DNA from: an uncultured bacterium
GTDB taxonomy: Bacteria > Margulisbacteria > Marinamargulisbacteria > SXXA01
Direction: 5' to 3'
Length of the DNA: 64,000 nt
NCBI GenBank assembly: GCA_903864835.1
Contig: CAIPHK010000041.1
Span: 25,693 to 89,692, forward strand
The notes under the pieces are model-generated. The model did no database searches, was not told where the DNA came from, and was given only the letters and a program-made list of their open reading frames with translations. Position numbers and translations under genes: made by a program. Every line of letters starts with the position of its first letter. Position 1 is the stretch's first letter. Below, piece after piece: positions 12,001 to 18,015 of the stretch.

Positions 12001-14561
12001 CTCGCCGCTTTCGCTGAAAGGGATGCAACGGGGGCATAAACTGCCGATGCAACTTGGAGAGCGATCTCCGCCACCGTCTGGATCTTGGCCGCGAGATCTT
12101 TGTACCACCGCGCGTATTTATATCGCCCATCAATGTACCCATTTGCCGCTTCGACAAATGGCCGAGTCGCAAAATCAATTTGGGACAATCCCGCGCTTTG
12201 TCGCTGTATTTCAGTCGACATTGCATTGACGACCACGCTCTTTGTCTGGGTAGTAGAACTGGTATTTTTGGCGCCTTCCTCCAACCCCGATGTCGCAGAA
12301 ATCTGTTCCGCAACTTGCCGTTTAGCGGAATTCTCAGCTTCTGTAATCATATACGTCGACCGTATAAAATTCTGATAATCCACCATATAATCGCGTAAAC
12401 GAAGAATGTAATTCATCCCCATTTCTGCGTATTGGCCTTGATCCCCAGCTCGCCCCAGTAAATTTAAATTATTAGCTGCAACCGACGCTGATTTACTGTT
12501 GGTATCATCCTGCCCAACCCCCAGAGACGCCCCGAAGTCCCCCGATGTTGAATCAAAATGGCTCTCCATAGCTTCTAATTGATCGAGCCCGCGTTGCAAC
12601 GTGTTCTGGATCTTGGTCTTGTTATTGATCGCCGAAAAGCCATCCATATTATCAACGGCATTGGATCCAAAATTTAAAAAACTATCGGTATTGGTCAGAT
12701 TAGATCTCTCCGTCGGATTCAACGCATCATTGTCCCACAGCGAAATACCCTCCCCAAATTTCATGGTATACCGAACATATGCCTGCGCGTTCTCTAAATT
12801 GACCTTCGCCATAGTCGCGTTCAGATCCAGCGACGCAGTGGCCCGAACAAACGAAAACGCCCCTGAAATTTCATCCGCAAGCCCTGACAAAATTCCGGTC
12901 GCCAGATTCTCCCGTCCGTATTCTTCCAGCTCGGCGCTAATTCGGGCCTGTTGGGCCCCATTCGTCCCGGAAATAAATATGAACATTTCGTTAACCACCG
13001 TCTCAATGGACGAACTAATTTTCCCCAAGGAATTGTTCATCGCGTTGACAAAGCGATTTTTGAATTTACCGGTGGACCCCATGGTCTCTAAAAGTTCTGA
13101 TTTTTGATAATCTTCGAACCCGGACACCGCAATCTCAGCCGCCTGGTGTTCGTCATATTCCAACACCATATTGATCACGTTAAACATCATCACCGCTCGG
13201 TTAATTAAATCCCGAGATTGGGTCATAAAGTCATAAAATGCCTGTTCATTCAGCGTCGTCACATACATGTCGGAATGCCAGGAATTTCCAAAATCTGCAA
13301 TTCTCGTCTTGGTCAGTGTATAAAACCCAAAATCCACCGAAGTCCCATCCCATCCGGGATGTTGGGTAATATTTTTTTCGACTCCGGTGACGGAATCGAG
13401 ATAGGTAAAGCCAGTCCCATCGGCATTGGCGAGGGGCACCTCCACCGGGTTCTCCAACAAGGCTTTTAAAGTCGTTAATTTCTCATTGATACTTTCAACG
13501 CCGTGCTCAACATCAAAATATTTGGCATTCGACGCCGTCTCAAAAAACTCATCAATCGCCTTATATTGTTTAAATGTCGTGTCGTTGCCTTCCAGCACCA
13601 ACAGCATATTTAAGGAATCAAAGGCAACGGGTGGCTTATCAGTAGTCGCGTCCAACGACAGAGATTTTCCATTATCCAATACAAATTTGACGGTTGCGTG
13701 GCCTTTGGCGGCCCCCGTTTTGTCCACCAAATATCCTGCGGCCAATGTTACTTTGCTATGGATATCCGCATCAGACACCCCTGATTTAGACAACGCCCCC
13801 ATCAGCAATGACGCAGTCAGAACCGACAAATCCTCGCAATCGCCTCCCCGAGCAGCCATCGTTTCGTTAATAGTGTTCCAGTGATCCGCCGGTTTCCCTT
13901 CCACCGCCACCCCATCTGAAATATATTTAAAATTGGTCTGAACGTAGGTTGTCACGGCCGCCGCGATATCCGATTCAGACATCCCTTTTTTAAGGGTGCC
14001 GGCGCGGGTCATTTCTTCTAAAATCGTTTGAATATTTGAGTCTTTCGGGGAAATAAGCCCCACGCCATTCCGATATTTAACCTCGGTGGGGGTATAGCCA
14101 TTCTCCGCCATGGATTCTTTTCGAAATTCATCTGCGGCTACCGTTAGTGGATCCGGCGTCGGGCTCATCGTGGTTACATGGGCCATCACCGTCTGGACCT
14201 CTGCAGACGAGATCCCTAATCGATTAATCGTCCCTGGAGTCGTCAGTTTTTTAAGCGCTTCGCAGACGAGGGCCTTAGCACCCGGTGTTGGCACCACACC
14301 TCGGGTTGCAAATTCGGTCACCGCGGCAGTTTGTGCTGTTGTTAAGCCCGATTCGGCCGTCCCGGCCCAATTCACAATTACTTTACGAAGCCACGAATCA
14401 GAAATTCCCGGGGTCGTCAGACCAGCGGAATCGCCTTTCGTCGGCGCTCCGGTTGTTGGCTCTACAAACGGCGAATACCCGGCATTGACGCCGGGTGTTG
14501 TTGCGGGAGAAACCCCGCCCTTTAGAACTCGAAATTGATCATCGAGATTGGGTGCCCACAC
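1..14561 (-). CDS. Giant protein, 5' partial in window (about 4,850 codons; 3' end lies beyond position 1); N-terminal transglutaminase-like Cys/His domain, central Lys/Glu/Ala-rich coiled-coil-like region, internal repeats
   Basis: Reverse-complement reading frame is open from GTG at 14561-14559 (in-frame TAA just upstream, AGGAAG 7 nt before the GTG) to position 1. All seven minus-strand ORFs the track lists inside this span share one other frame (end coordinate mod 3 = 1) and are 112 aa or shorter; plus-strand ORFs are short Arg/Pro-rich shadows. Hand translation gives protein-like sequence throughout. Absent from the ORF track because no stop lies inside the window. Confidence 0.8.
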   Translation of the reverse strand, partial: MWAPNLDDQFRVLKGGVSPATTPGVNAGYSPFVEPTTGAPTKGDSAGLTTPGISDSWLRKVIVNWAGTAESGLTTAQTAAVTEFATRGVVPTPGAKALVCEALKKLTTPGTINRLGISSAEVQTVMAHVTTMSPTPDPLTVAADEFRKESMAENGYTPTEVKYRNGVGLISPKDSNIQTILEEMTRAGTLKKGMSESDIAAAVTTYVQTNFKYISDGVAVEGKPADHWNTINETMAARGGDCEDLSVLTASLLMGALSKSGVSDADIHSKVTLAAGYLVDKTGAAKGHATVKFVLDNGKSLSLDATTDKPPVAFDSLNMLLVLEGNDTTFKQYKAIDEFFETASNAKYFDVEHGVESINEKLTTLKALLENPVEVPLANADGTGFTYLDSVTGVEKNITQHPGWDGTSVDFGFYTLTKTRIADFGNSWHSDMYVTTLNEQAFYDFMTQSRDLINRAVMMFNVINMVLEYDEHQAAEIAVSGFEDYQKSELLETMGSTGKFKNRFVNAMNNSLGKISSSIETVVNEMFIFISGTNGAQQARISAELEEYGRENLATGILSGLADEISGAFSFVRATASLDLNATMAKVNLENAQAYVRYTMKFGEGISLWDNDALNPTERSNLTNTDSFLNFGSNAVDNMDGFSAINNKTKIQNTLQRGLDQLEAMESHFDSTSGDFGASLGVGQDDTNSKSASVAANNLNLLGRAGDQGQYAEMGMNYILRLRDYMVDYQNFIRSTYMITEAENSAKRQVAEQISATSGLEEGAKNTSSTTQTKSVVVNAMSTEIQRQSAGLSQIDFATRPFVEAANGYIDGRYKYARWYKDLAAKIQTVAEIALQVASAVYAPVASLSAKAASLIVFAPPPLFVPIDPVGWVLFGEINGDYWSNAVPDAASAGMSAIAQGIYYDLELNKIKERNTNLMVQEGDFYGNSANAEQLLKDANLAKLNQDSVNPYDESTADYYIGKMDSLLYDSRTQYDSAKGASSLDAGGGFTYSLQDGKNGETNMSTTDFIATRGDGRAVLKGDAMASHQLATSTNYMRVSIYLSILKVLQDAMEGVTATMFGRGKTSTVSNFDGQVDAIIGKESSIIDTFRYETQTRVATINSQWAKEQKEYNQTVEMGRATAKAVVQTARALGEFFYSIVPVPLGEAVLFTTYVAVEEGLKFGFAAEEAAMLANRTWGKFGFTNIDYDSTDPYKNSAVNKDFVSRLENADPDKFDQEKTSNAKIFENLNMDPNLFPSPVASGTVARIASQYGKYAKMDEEEAQILNSIKDPNTILTDSSSLAGIGGNFQQVDFEKVLDAYKQMTQINQVRTFMTMIDQAMYNAKQNALRSMFGGNAGGGHGALSVMASGIDRYVGSIMGSMVGQTGIFQDFISEAESRMGAINDRTLGEINTSIEGSLIAANLIFAGVAGARTYTKAVKLAKSGGLSDASYLKMARKMVSGTMIAGLAANFARIAVGVAMMKSVVANHPQITSELLNYEEDPEEAPVNPNDSEAEQKKNAKLRGTPADSSVNFDAKNPADGGTKTGAAPNLGLDGSGSKESQGIKQKVNTGDQVRMEKLVSRKSRSIQVLRDISMAMSDAKGDAAEDMGGGPSAKNVYRGMNSILSQQTNLEQQAVGIIFKALGAEVESYNRGVDMMVKGVTGVMTTAVQEGAKAMANKAGDLQQKAKQQTATKTGGSTEEAGVDDNVEGSQDTEKPAEKPASTDKKASGDISQNAKKSSSEQLNAQARNWEIAADVLELMGPTLALIMVEALSQALAPDSLMGAQSPMFSTDEADFGLQEGDYLSDGGNIQQQGGEKSGAPAKGGKTEGSLGFLDTGQLETAMFANSLLQFGYQVRQQQLLDLGQIYDQAGAATANKLKGMAKKAIQDHVQKNAKVEEDKAADNLVKEHGEEALTKMVMDAMTQTAAPAPQPGGQGLRLGERASVGRNMFDVLSGKGGPSGQSNAERRLIQKLIMGVADSVAKEHIEVANLNKQKNDKTDTKNYDPNWVNKTAGGSVTAKAVVDDLRAGVMTRAKAQDVRNGSTRSEGQMGAAEAGLVGIIQGRDALEKMDGFEKSIKGRELDAPEALAAFKDAKKDLQVLLDTSTGSKSGIMRAAATLGADDTVVALALKNMAVGSSALPELKPVTAGVRGALSLGRGVFSLGGAAIRGIGGAASAIAAPGAMGRAYGAITAPGAMRNAGMSAIGGIRNGLGSVAGGLWRGSGAVVGGMGSAASYVGGAIKNQAGASTAIMKDGKYTAYFMGLDAGARTQLLEAEFTKAGGGTLSPGLKALASNMAESADRKGFQAKADALLAKVQGASAKIQDSIARGNAATTVSPTGSKVTVVDLDAQTKGGAAAAAATEVHMEAGPRVLAGLFAQTHGAAGAGVGDAPIVQMVQGANDKMTAQLVDRVDPSTHTEVLVTNPDNPAQQIRVAVPGGASASAVAEAQGKRLGEVRWDLAQLRREAEVHTNLTAASGVLKTKEGELRALEAALPAGGSGGRGSGAQEKSLGTALAMEANAANKTLQGMTQQLAKDKLQLRLAQRKSEKLEAIAAQEDEKAKQLRAEVTAGRPSVDFVALMRRNADGADLKAGQHLAEAAEHGADALKHGSAVKTHQQAVTDLNVRFGGLSEAEVAQKKELNQLKSDSETRLNAAKIELKRAERSLQAAKTPADTFRRQLDEKRAEEAKLRIEASVLRTKGKPDVNGAIKKERAAVVAEQHVIRLRGVLINLDVSSYEERKTREREVAKATAVLAYLKQKAELEVSAVKKILDDTNKELKTTNLELSKQLTKLSKFQGRERDSLAKAVESQGLADDAGTRATQMRADALDLEANGVARAGLRLQMVEKAESDAAQHRTNANDQRAVVSDFEAKVARQTNEISTKTEGIADVAARSQAHLDKSKELLQEYKNSPEARAIAEKKAEIRSQQIVVNTLTADSKKTSSTELSLKSRIEELSAEEVHLSKQVVASQMEKESRTLAVATGTASTFLMGHASQVAQLVAADRELRGMSVTVGKDASGNRTLTTKAGSDSSLSSVAVALSEELASPAVRLAALRAELAVVRADGDAAWDSGHATSAELSYVRLELVKKEEQAGKDAKFTIAANGHRAAGNEEALRLEGVAKLEMNASKDAQRRIDKQETLVQEIKELKEKEQRLHIATEAFFDKSTEKDLRSAELGAKIGQLEVSMASDSAAAAAATGTAMKFLTGSASQVAQMLPVRREAEDLIVTVGKDASGNRTLTTKAGSDSSLSSVAVALSRGSAVIDVQAAHDEMDGASGFLKDRALEKEVVAHAESHLQGVANTTAGTFVVATVDKDGKTILRALDPKKDGDLSKFVGVTMARPGGAPGDSRTVLMERGVHVDLASDEVQAHFGVDVKDPVAARFSLSPESQVLMDRRTAALAPTQNLERAKVLTMDATGNPVLRARLEGESLSNFEAHTVKEKDHTGADIPGSERTILIEKGSSLNFADAKVQAALGPNGAGNKFETTGDALFLQDSKSKLNLQRDIAVALSSLEQTLIGMSSYNMSLAVSARLAGTTLDQSGLSRADLKSAQAVLDANGLGDSRSVVPTDLRGVQTAGRGFLSLVTLNLADTDSRGNIRVGSGPISAVASAVGSAVRGVGRATGNLGGRGAQFKNKGDSDVGTHALDERALGKFKGDAAAQATLMTQLNDKFKGDSAKAQRVMDVLTGKATQDLMDRLKVSVSKGDLMTAQKERGEKLLAIAKAHGNETAAASVLALLVKVEDTGLAVRQSALEAYSFSLKENALQRSDLTNVAFRFLAHDGREIGKQRDDAYAAEGRGFDRRRAAIGFLDFKDSALGTTRFEARGKDLAIVFADAQDAVRKLDGTLKEGFRDGGVFRLDSESVLGEGNRYTTTQEMEKGRDLNLHMMNHVETVFRAELTNLIVSRDEKRASEMIKGALGAGKSGRELVSRVMQDLAVQDKAYGSARFKRMMEVTIARYSGNDEVMSGLGEAVSTAVEKANPRAEVGRTAGLTMAAGVGTRIKRSISDVVFGGGSEVTADDADVGTRIKHSISDVLFGGGPGVSAKQVGDTFADSLGSGGSDVRRAAMGRGWRGQVADFVFQRSAVTDGEGFVDSSNVQAVEARMAGAVASQLSSIEGFGKLALHMEETDMDRMTSALDPRAMTQLMQSVAAGGTGAGGMDRAQVSLDKAVAAFEAARDRVDAPTLSGRYLPSRLKGAEQLFAVNALAEAEKKLDAQLINFAKFAVTAGAEIVGREVGTGGAEGNGRSRDWGATVIEDAVARIKEIKTQTGTLGTGQATQVGEQLVQIAAKVREFSVSEKPMTAESREAFIRGMATAMGGATDDVSAGADLNTLLDHIDNQAAERQIHASNDLPSQFLSDMVSGISRAGRPATLATTSGESMLALHNLALSADRTAAGAAVPDEIRARLKRGDTHGVADMVIEIKEMIQRGIEKPLRVETMQDRMILRKEQYEAYSKDTKMHLNSDFSSLSRKFNTDPVAANVELTKRANAVARQVVELSSSGDFGSITQLLGNIKRTGGEAGAMVIQMVGFEVRRLGKQQEFEQYLRQADVRSEQFIKTVSLDKKAQQEARAIFADALSGKSAPDELHQMSDDHLTEMRGTLDRDEALVSMANELGGSPAKLAAVMTDPEGAGLLAKLLAEGSAMYLPGAKRLLETMLKLESGDDTVMHSLEKLGYKVGAEGLRIDEGSSDPTLNTPDEFKRVIEQVIAAQSDPNVKAAMSSKEEGFVTAIKVGYQGDRPLAPMSRKDRETTAKIMLTGGPAAVDKARSDFQDFARVDPNGAAILIKDLDTVAPNYANTLLTGLTKNLAPSDSQGLMGLSKALGAASAASGADELSMDTLATVDSTKTMVDSFIAQERMGQIADFDTGR
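2493..2621. repeat. Imperfect tandem duplication (two ~51-nt copies, 78-nt period) inside the giant gene, encoding repeated GTRIK(R/H)SISDV(V/L)FGGG
   Basis: tcctccgccaaa..atcggaaatcgag(t/c)gtttgatccgagtccctac occurs at 2493-2543 and 2571-2621. Confidence 0.7.
4843..4934. repeat. Copy 1 of a perfect 92-nt direct repeat inside the giant gene
   Basis: gagagggcgactgcaaccgatgagagactactgtccgaccccgccttggtcgtcagagttcggttgccggaggcatccttacccacagtaac is identical at 4843-4934 and 5491-5582; encodes VTVGKDASGNRTLTTKAGSDSSLSSVAVALS twice. Confidence 0.85.
5491..5582. repeat. Copy 2 of the perfect 92-nt direct repeat inside the giant gene
   Basis: Identical to 4843-4934; flanks are related but diverged, so the identical core sits within a diverged ~650-nt repeat unit. 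Confidence 0.85.
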
Positions 14562-14585
14562 GATGCCACTTCCTTTCAGAAATTT

Positions 14586-14614
14586 TTAAAAAAACCCACC
14601 TGAATTTATTCAGT
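14586..14614 (-). terminator. Weak hairpin plus T7 tract between gatB and the giant gene (possible attenuator or terminator)
   Basis: Minus-strand sequence ctgaataaattcag (palindromic) followed by gtggg and ttttttt, located just upstream of the giant gene SD. Stem is AT-rich, so weak. Confidence 0.2.
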
Positions 14615-14707
14615 AAATTGGGACGCGTAACAGATACACGTATAGCGGTCAGGTCCAACGCCCCATGGGGTTATTCCCGGATCGGAACACCCCAAAACAT
14701 ATTAAAA

Positions 14708-16240
14708 TCACCGGCGCGCAATACACTCCAATATCAAACTCCGGACCAAATCCGGCTTGGCACGTCCCTTGGTCTCTTTCATCACTTGGCCCATCAAAAA
14801 ATCAGCTGAATTTGTTTTACCATTTTTTACTTTTTCCACTACATCCGGATTCGCATCTAAAATCCGATCCACGACGACCACCAACTCACCGGTATCCGAA
14901 ATCTGGGTGGCCCCGGATGCCGACACAATCGCGTCCGGAGATTGGCCCGTTTGGACACATTTCTCAAGCACTTCTTTGGCCATTTTTCCTGACAATTTCC
15001 CCGACTGAATCAACCCCAATAACTGAACCAAACCGTCCGGCGTGACCTTGGATTCCTTAAACGACTGCTTCGTCTCTTTTAACAACGAATTCAGATCACC
15101 GACCACCCATTTCGCCGCATCTTTAGGTACCGCGCCGGCACCAATACACTGGTCTAAATACTGGCTCGTCTCCGGCTCGTTCAACACGACATCAATTTCA
15201 AAATCCGACAGCCCCGCGTCACGATATCGGGTCGCCTTGGCTTCCGGAAGTTCGGGCAACGCGGCTCGAATGGTGTCAATCCACTCGCTCGTCACCACCA
15301 AAGGGTACAAATCCGGTTCTGGAAAATATCGGTAATCGTGAGACTCTTCTTTGTCACGCAACACCCGTGTGGTTTGAGTTGCTTCGTCATACTGACGGGT
15401 TTGCTGAACAATCCGCTCACCCGCGGTAAGCAACTGGGTTTGTCTCGCAATTTCCGAATGGATGGCCCGCTCAATACTTCGAAATGAATTCACATTTTTG
15501 GTTTCCGTCCGGGTCCCGAACGGTTCCGTTCCGACGGGCCGGAGCGACACATTGATATCCGCCCGCAAACTGCCTTCATCCATATTTCCGTCACAAATCC
15601 CCAAATAGACCAATCGCTGCCGAAGGCCTTCGACGTATAATCGGGCTTCCTGGGCGGTTCGGATGTCGGGTTCGGACACAATTTCGATCAAGGGGGTACA
15701 CGCCCGGTTTAAATCGACGTGGGAATGGGTCGCCCCCGCAATAGTATCCGAGCCTTGGTGAATCAATTTCCCCGCATCTTCTTCCATATGAATCCGAGTG
15801 ATCCCAATTCGCTTTTTGACGCCATCCACCACAATATCCAAATGCCCGCCCAAACAAATGGGCTGATCGAACTGGCTAATTTGATACCCCTTGGGTAAAT
15901 CCGGATAAAAATAATTTTTTCTGGAGAATACCGAGGTGTTCCGCACGTCACAGTCCAAGGCCAATCCCGCCATAATGGCGTATTCCACCGCGCGACGATT
16001 CAGCACGGGAAGTGCACCTGGCATTCCCAAGCAGACGGGACACACGTTGGTGTTCGGTCGATCGCCAAACTGCGTGGAACACCCACAAAATAACTTCGTG
16101 TTGGTTTTAAGCTGAGCGTGAACTTCTATTCCTATCACTACTTCGTAGTGTATTTGTTTCACCGTTGCTTCGCCCGGATGAAACGCGGTCGAACTGGCCA
16201 AGCCAGATTCTCCCTTAGGCTCAGAGCTGTCTATAGTCAT
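14708..16240 (-). CDS. gatB: Asp-tRNA(Asn)/Glu-tRNA(Gln) amidotransferase subunit B
   Basis: ORF 14708-16387; GatB-like sequence (VIGIEVHAQL, CPVCLGMPGALPVLN). Start placed at internal ATG 16240, which overlaps the gatA stop as ATGA. Confidence 0.9.
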   Translation of the reverse strand: MTIDSSEPKGESGLASSTAFHPGEATVKQIHYEVVIGIEVHAQLKTNTKLFCGCSTQFGDRPNTNVCPVCLGMPGALPVLNRRAVEYAIMAGLALDCDVRNTSVFSRKNYFYPDLPKGYQISQFDQPICLGGHLDIVVDGVKKRIGITRIHMEEDAGKLIHQGSDTIAGATHSHVDLNRACTPLIEIVSEPDIRTAQEARLYVEGLRQRLVYLGICDGNMDEGSLRADINVSLRPVGTEPFGTRTETKNVNSFRSIERAIHSEIARQTQLLTAGERIVQQTRQYDEATQTTRVLRDKEESHDYRYFPEPDLYPLVVTSEWIDTIRAALPELPEAKATRYRDAGLSDFEIDVVLNEPETSQYLDQCIGAGAVPKDAAKWVVGDLNSLLKETKQSFKESKVTPDGLVQLLGLIQSGKLSGKMAKEVLEKCVQTGQSPDAIVSASGATQISDTGELVVVVDRILDANPDVVEKVKNGKTNSADFLMGQVMKETKGRAKPDLVRSLILECIARR

Positions 16241-17712
16241 TGTGTGCTCCTCATCAATGGGGACTGGAAACGAGTGGGAAATTGAGACAATTCTTGGAAT
16301 CCGGCGGCCACATTCAGAATCTGTTGATCCCCAAACGCGGGCCCGATGATTTGAAGCCCGACCGGCAACCCTTGATCCAGCCCACAAGGAACCGAAATCG
16401 CGGGAAGCCCCGCCATATTTACCGGAATGGTCGCAATATCGGCCAAATACATCGCCAACGGATTGGCCTCATGTTCCCCCAACTTAAACGCAACCGACGG
16501 TGTTGTAGGGGTCATAATGACATCATATTTTTGAAATGCGTGGGCAAAATCTCGGACAATCAACGAGCGCAATTTTTGGGCCTTGGTATAATACGCGTCG
16601 TAATATCCAGAGCTTAAAACGTAGGTTCCAATAATAATCCGCCGCTTTACCTCCGGTCCAAATCCGCCGCCACGCGACTGACGAAACATATCTCGCAAAT
16701 TATCCGCCCCGCCGTCACGGTAGCCATATCGAACCCCATCAAATCGGGACAGATTCGCCGAGGCTTCCGCCGGCGCAATAATGTAATACGTCGTGACCGC
16801 TTCCTTGAGAGACGGCATCGCGATTTCTTCCCACGTCGCCCCATTGGCTTTTAAAAGATCCAACGCGGCAACGACTTGCGCCTTCACTCCGGGGTCAATT
16901 TCGGACCCAAACAATTCTTTGGGAACCCCGATCTTGAGACCGGCAACCGTCGGTTTCAGACTTGAATAATACGACTCCGAGAGACGCGGCGATGACGTCG
17001 CATCATGGGCATCAAATCCTGAAATGGCCTCCAAGACCAACGCAGCGTCTTCGACCGTTCTCGAAAAGGGTCCGATTTGATCCAGAGAGGAGGCAAACGC
17101 CACCAATCCGTATCGAGACACCCGGCCATACGTCGGTTTCATCCCCACAACCCCACAAAAAGCAGCCGGTTGGCGGATCGATCCCCCCGTATCCGACCCC
17201 AAAGAGACCACCGCCTGCCCTGCCGCCACGGCAGCGGCGGATCCGCCCGACGATCCCCCGGGAACACGAGAGGTATCCCAAGGATTCAACGACGTGTGAA
17301 ACGACGAGTTTTCGGTGGAGGAGCCCATCGCAAATTCATCCAAATTGGTTTTGCCGGTTACGATCACCTGCTGCGCCTGGAGACGATCCGTTACCGTTGC
17401 ATTAAACGGAGGGATAAATCCTTTAAGAATCTGCGATGCACAGGTCGTTGGTACCCCTTGAACATGGATATTATCTTTGATCGCGATAGGAATTCCTGCC
17501 AATAGTGGCAATGTTTCTCCCCGATCAAACTGGGCATCCAACACCTGCGCTTGCGCCATGGTTTCCGATTGAAAGGTGGTCAAATACGACTTAACCGAGG
17601 GTTCCACTTGATCGTGATGTAACCACAATGAGGTGACAACATCGGCTACTTTTACAGATCGATTCCGAAACGCTTTTCCTAACTCTACTGCCGAACTGCG
17701 CCATGTGGTCAT
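16237..17712 (-). CDS. gatA: Glu-tRNA(Gln) amidotransferase subunit A (amidase family)
   Basis: ORF 16237-17751; amidase signature GGSSGGSAAAVAAG..GSDTGGSIRQPAAFCGVVGMKPTYGRVSRYG. Start placed at ATG 17712, which overlaps the gatC stop as TAATG. Confidence 0.9.
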   Translation of the reverse strand: MTTWRSSAVELGKAFRNRSVKVADVVTSLWLHHDQVEPSVKSYLTTFQSETMAQAQVLDAQFDRGETLPLLAGIPIAIKDNIHVQGVPTTCASQILKGFIPPFNATVTDRLQAQQVIVTGKTNLDEFAMGSSTENSSFHTSLNPWDTSRVPGGSSGGSAAAVAAGQAVVSLGSDTGGSIRQPAAFCGVVGMKPTYGRVSRYGLVAFASSLDQIGPFSRTVEDAALVLEAISGFDAHDATSSPRLSESYYSSLKPTVAGLKIGVPKELFGSEIDPGVKAQVVAALDLLKANGATWEEIAMPSLKEAVTTYYIIAPAEASANLSRFDGVRYGYRDGGADNLRDMFRQSRGGGFGPEVKRRIIIGTYVLSSGYYDAYYTKAQKLRSLIVRDFAHAFQKYDVIMTPTTPSVAFKLGEHEANPLAMYLADIATIPVNMAGLPAISVPCGLDQGLPVGLQIIGPAFGDQQILNVAAGFQELSQFPTRFQSPLMRSTQ

Positions 17713-17999
17713 TATAAAATCCTCGGAACGACGAAGGAGTGGTCGGCCCAAGCCGGCGCATTCGTCGCCAAGAGAAGGTCCGGCTGGGGTACCACAACGT
17801 CATCTCGCAACACCATGTCCACCGAAAAAGCGGTGGCGGCGGGCGCAACGTGGGTCAAATCAAACTGATTAATACTTTCCATATGTGTCAAAATCGACTG
17901 AATTTGGGGAAGGAATTTTTCCTTCAACGCCGTACTCACGTCCAGGTGGGCCAATTGAATGATGTGATCGAGGTCAGATTTGGAAAATGTCATGGTCAA
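17712..17999 (-). CDS. gatC: Glu-tRNA(Gln) amidotransferase subunit C
   Basis: 95-aa ORF immediately upstream of gatA with coupled stop/start; size and position typical of GatC. Confidence 0.75.
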   Translation of the reverse strand: MTMTFSKSDLDHIIQLAHLDVSTALKEKFLPQIQSILTHMESINQFDLTHVAPAATAFSVDMVLRDDVVVPQPDLLLATNAPAWADHSFVVPRIL

Positions 18000-18015
18000 A
18001 AGTATACCAGGAAAT

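Noticed and set aside
7586-13006. Seven minus-strand ORFs (61-112 aa) inside the giant gene
   Set aside because: All sit in one alternative frame (end coordinate mod 3 = 1), different from the giant frame, with Arg/Trp-rich compositions; they are off-frame shadows.
294-14538. Dozens of plus-strand ORFs of 60-223 aa listed by the track across the left 14.5 kb
   Set aside because: They lie antisense to, or out of frame with, the continuous giant minus-strand reading frame and are Arg/Pro/Ser-rich, as expected for shadow ORFs in GC-rich coding DNA.
16240-16617. Plus-strand ORF overlapping gatA/gatB, and similar internal ORFs (e.g. 36176-36622 minus, 48906-49358 minus, 21415-21711 minus)
   Set aside because: Fully embedded in well-supported genes on the opposite strand or another frame; low-complexity Arg-rich translations.
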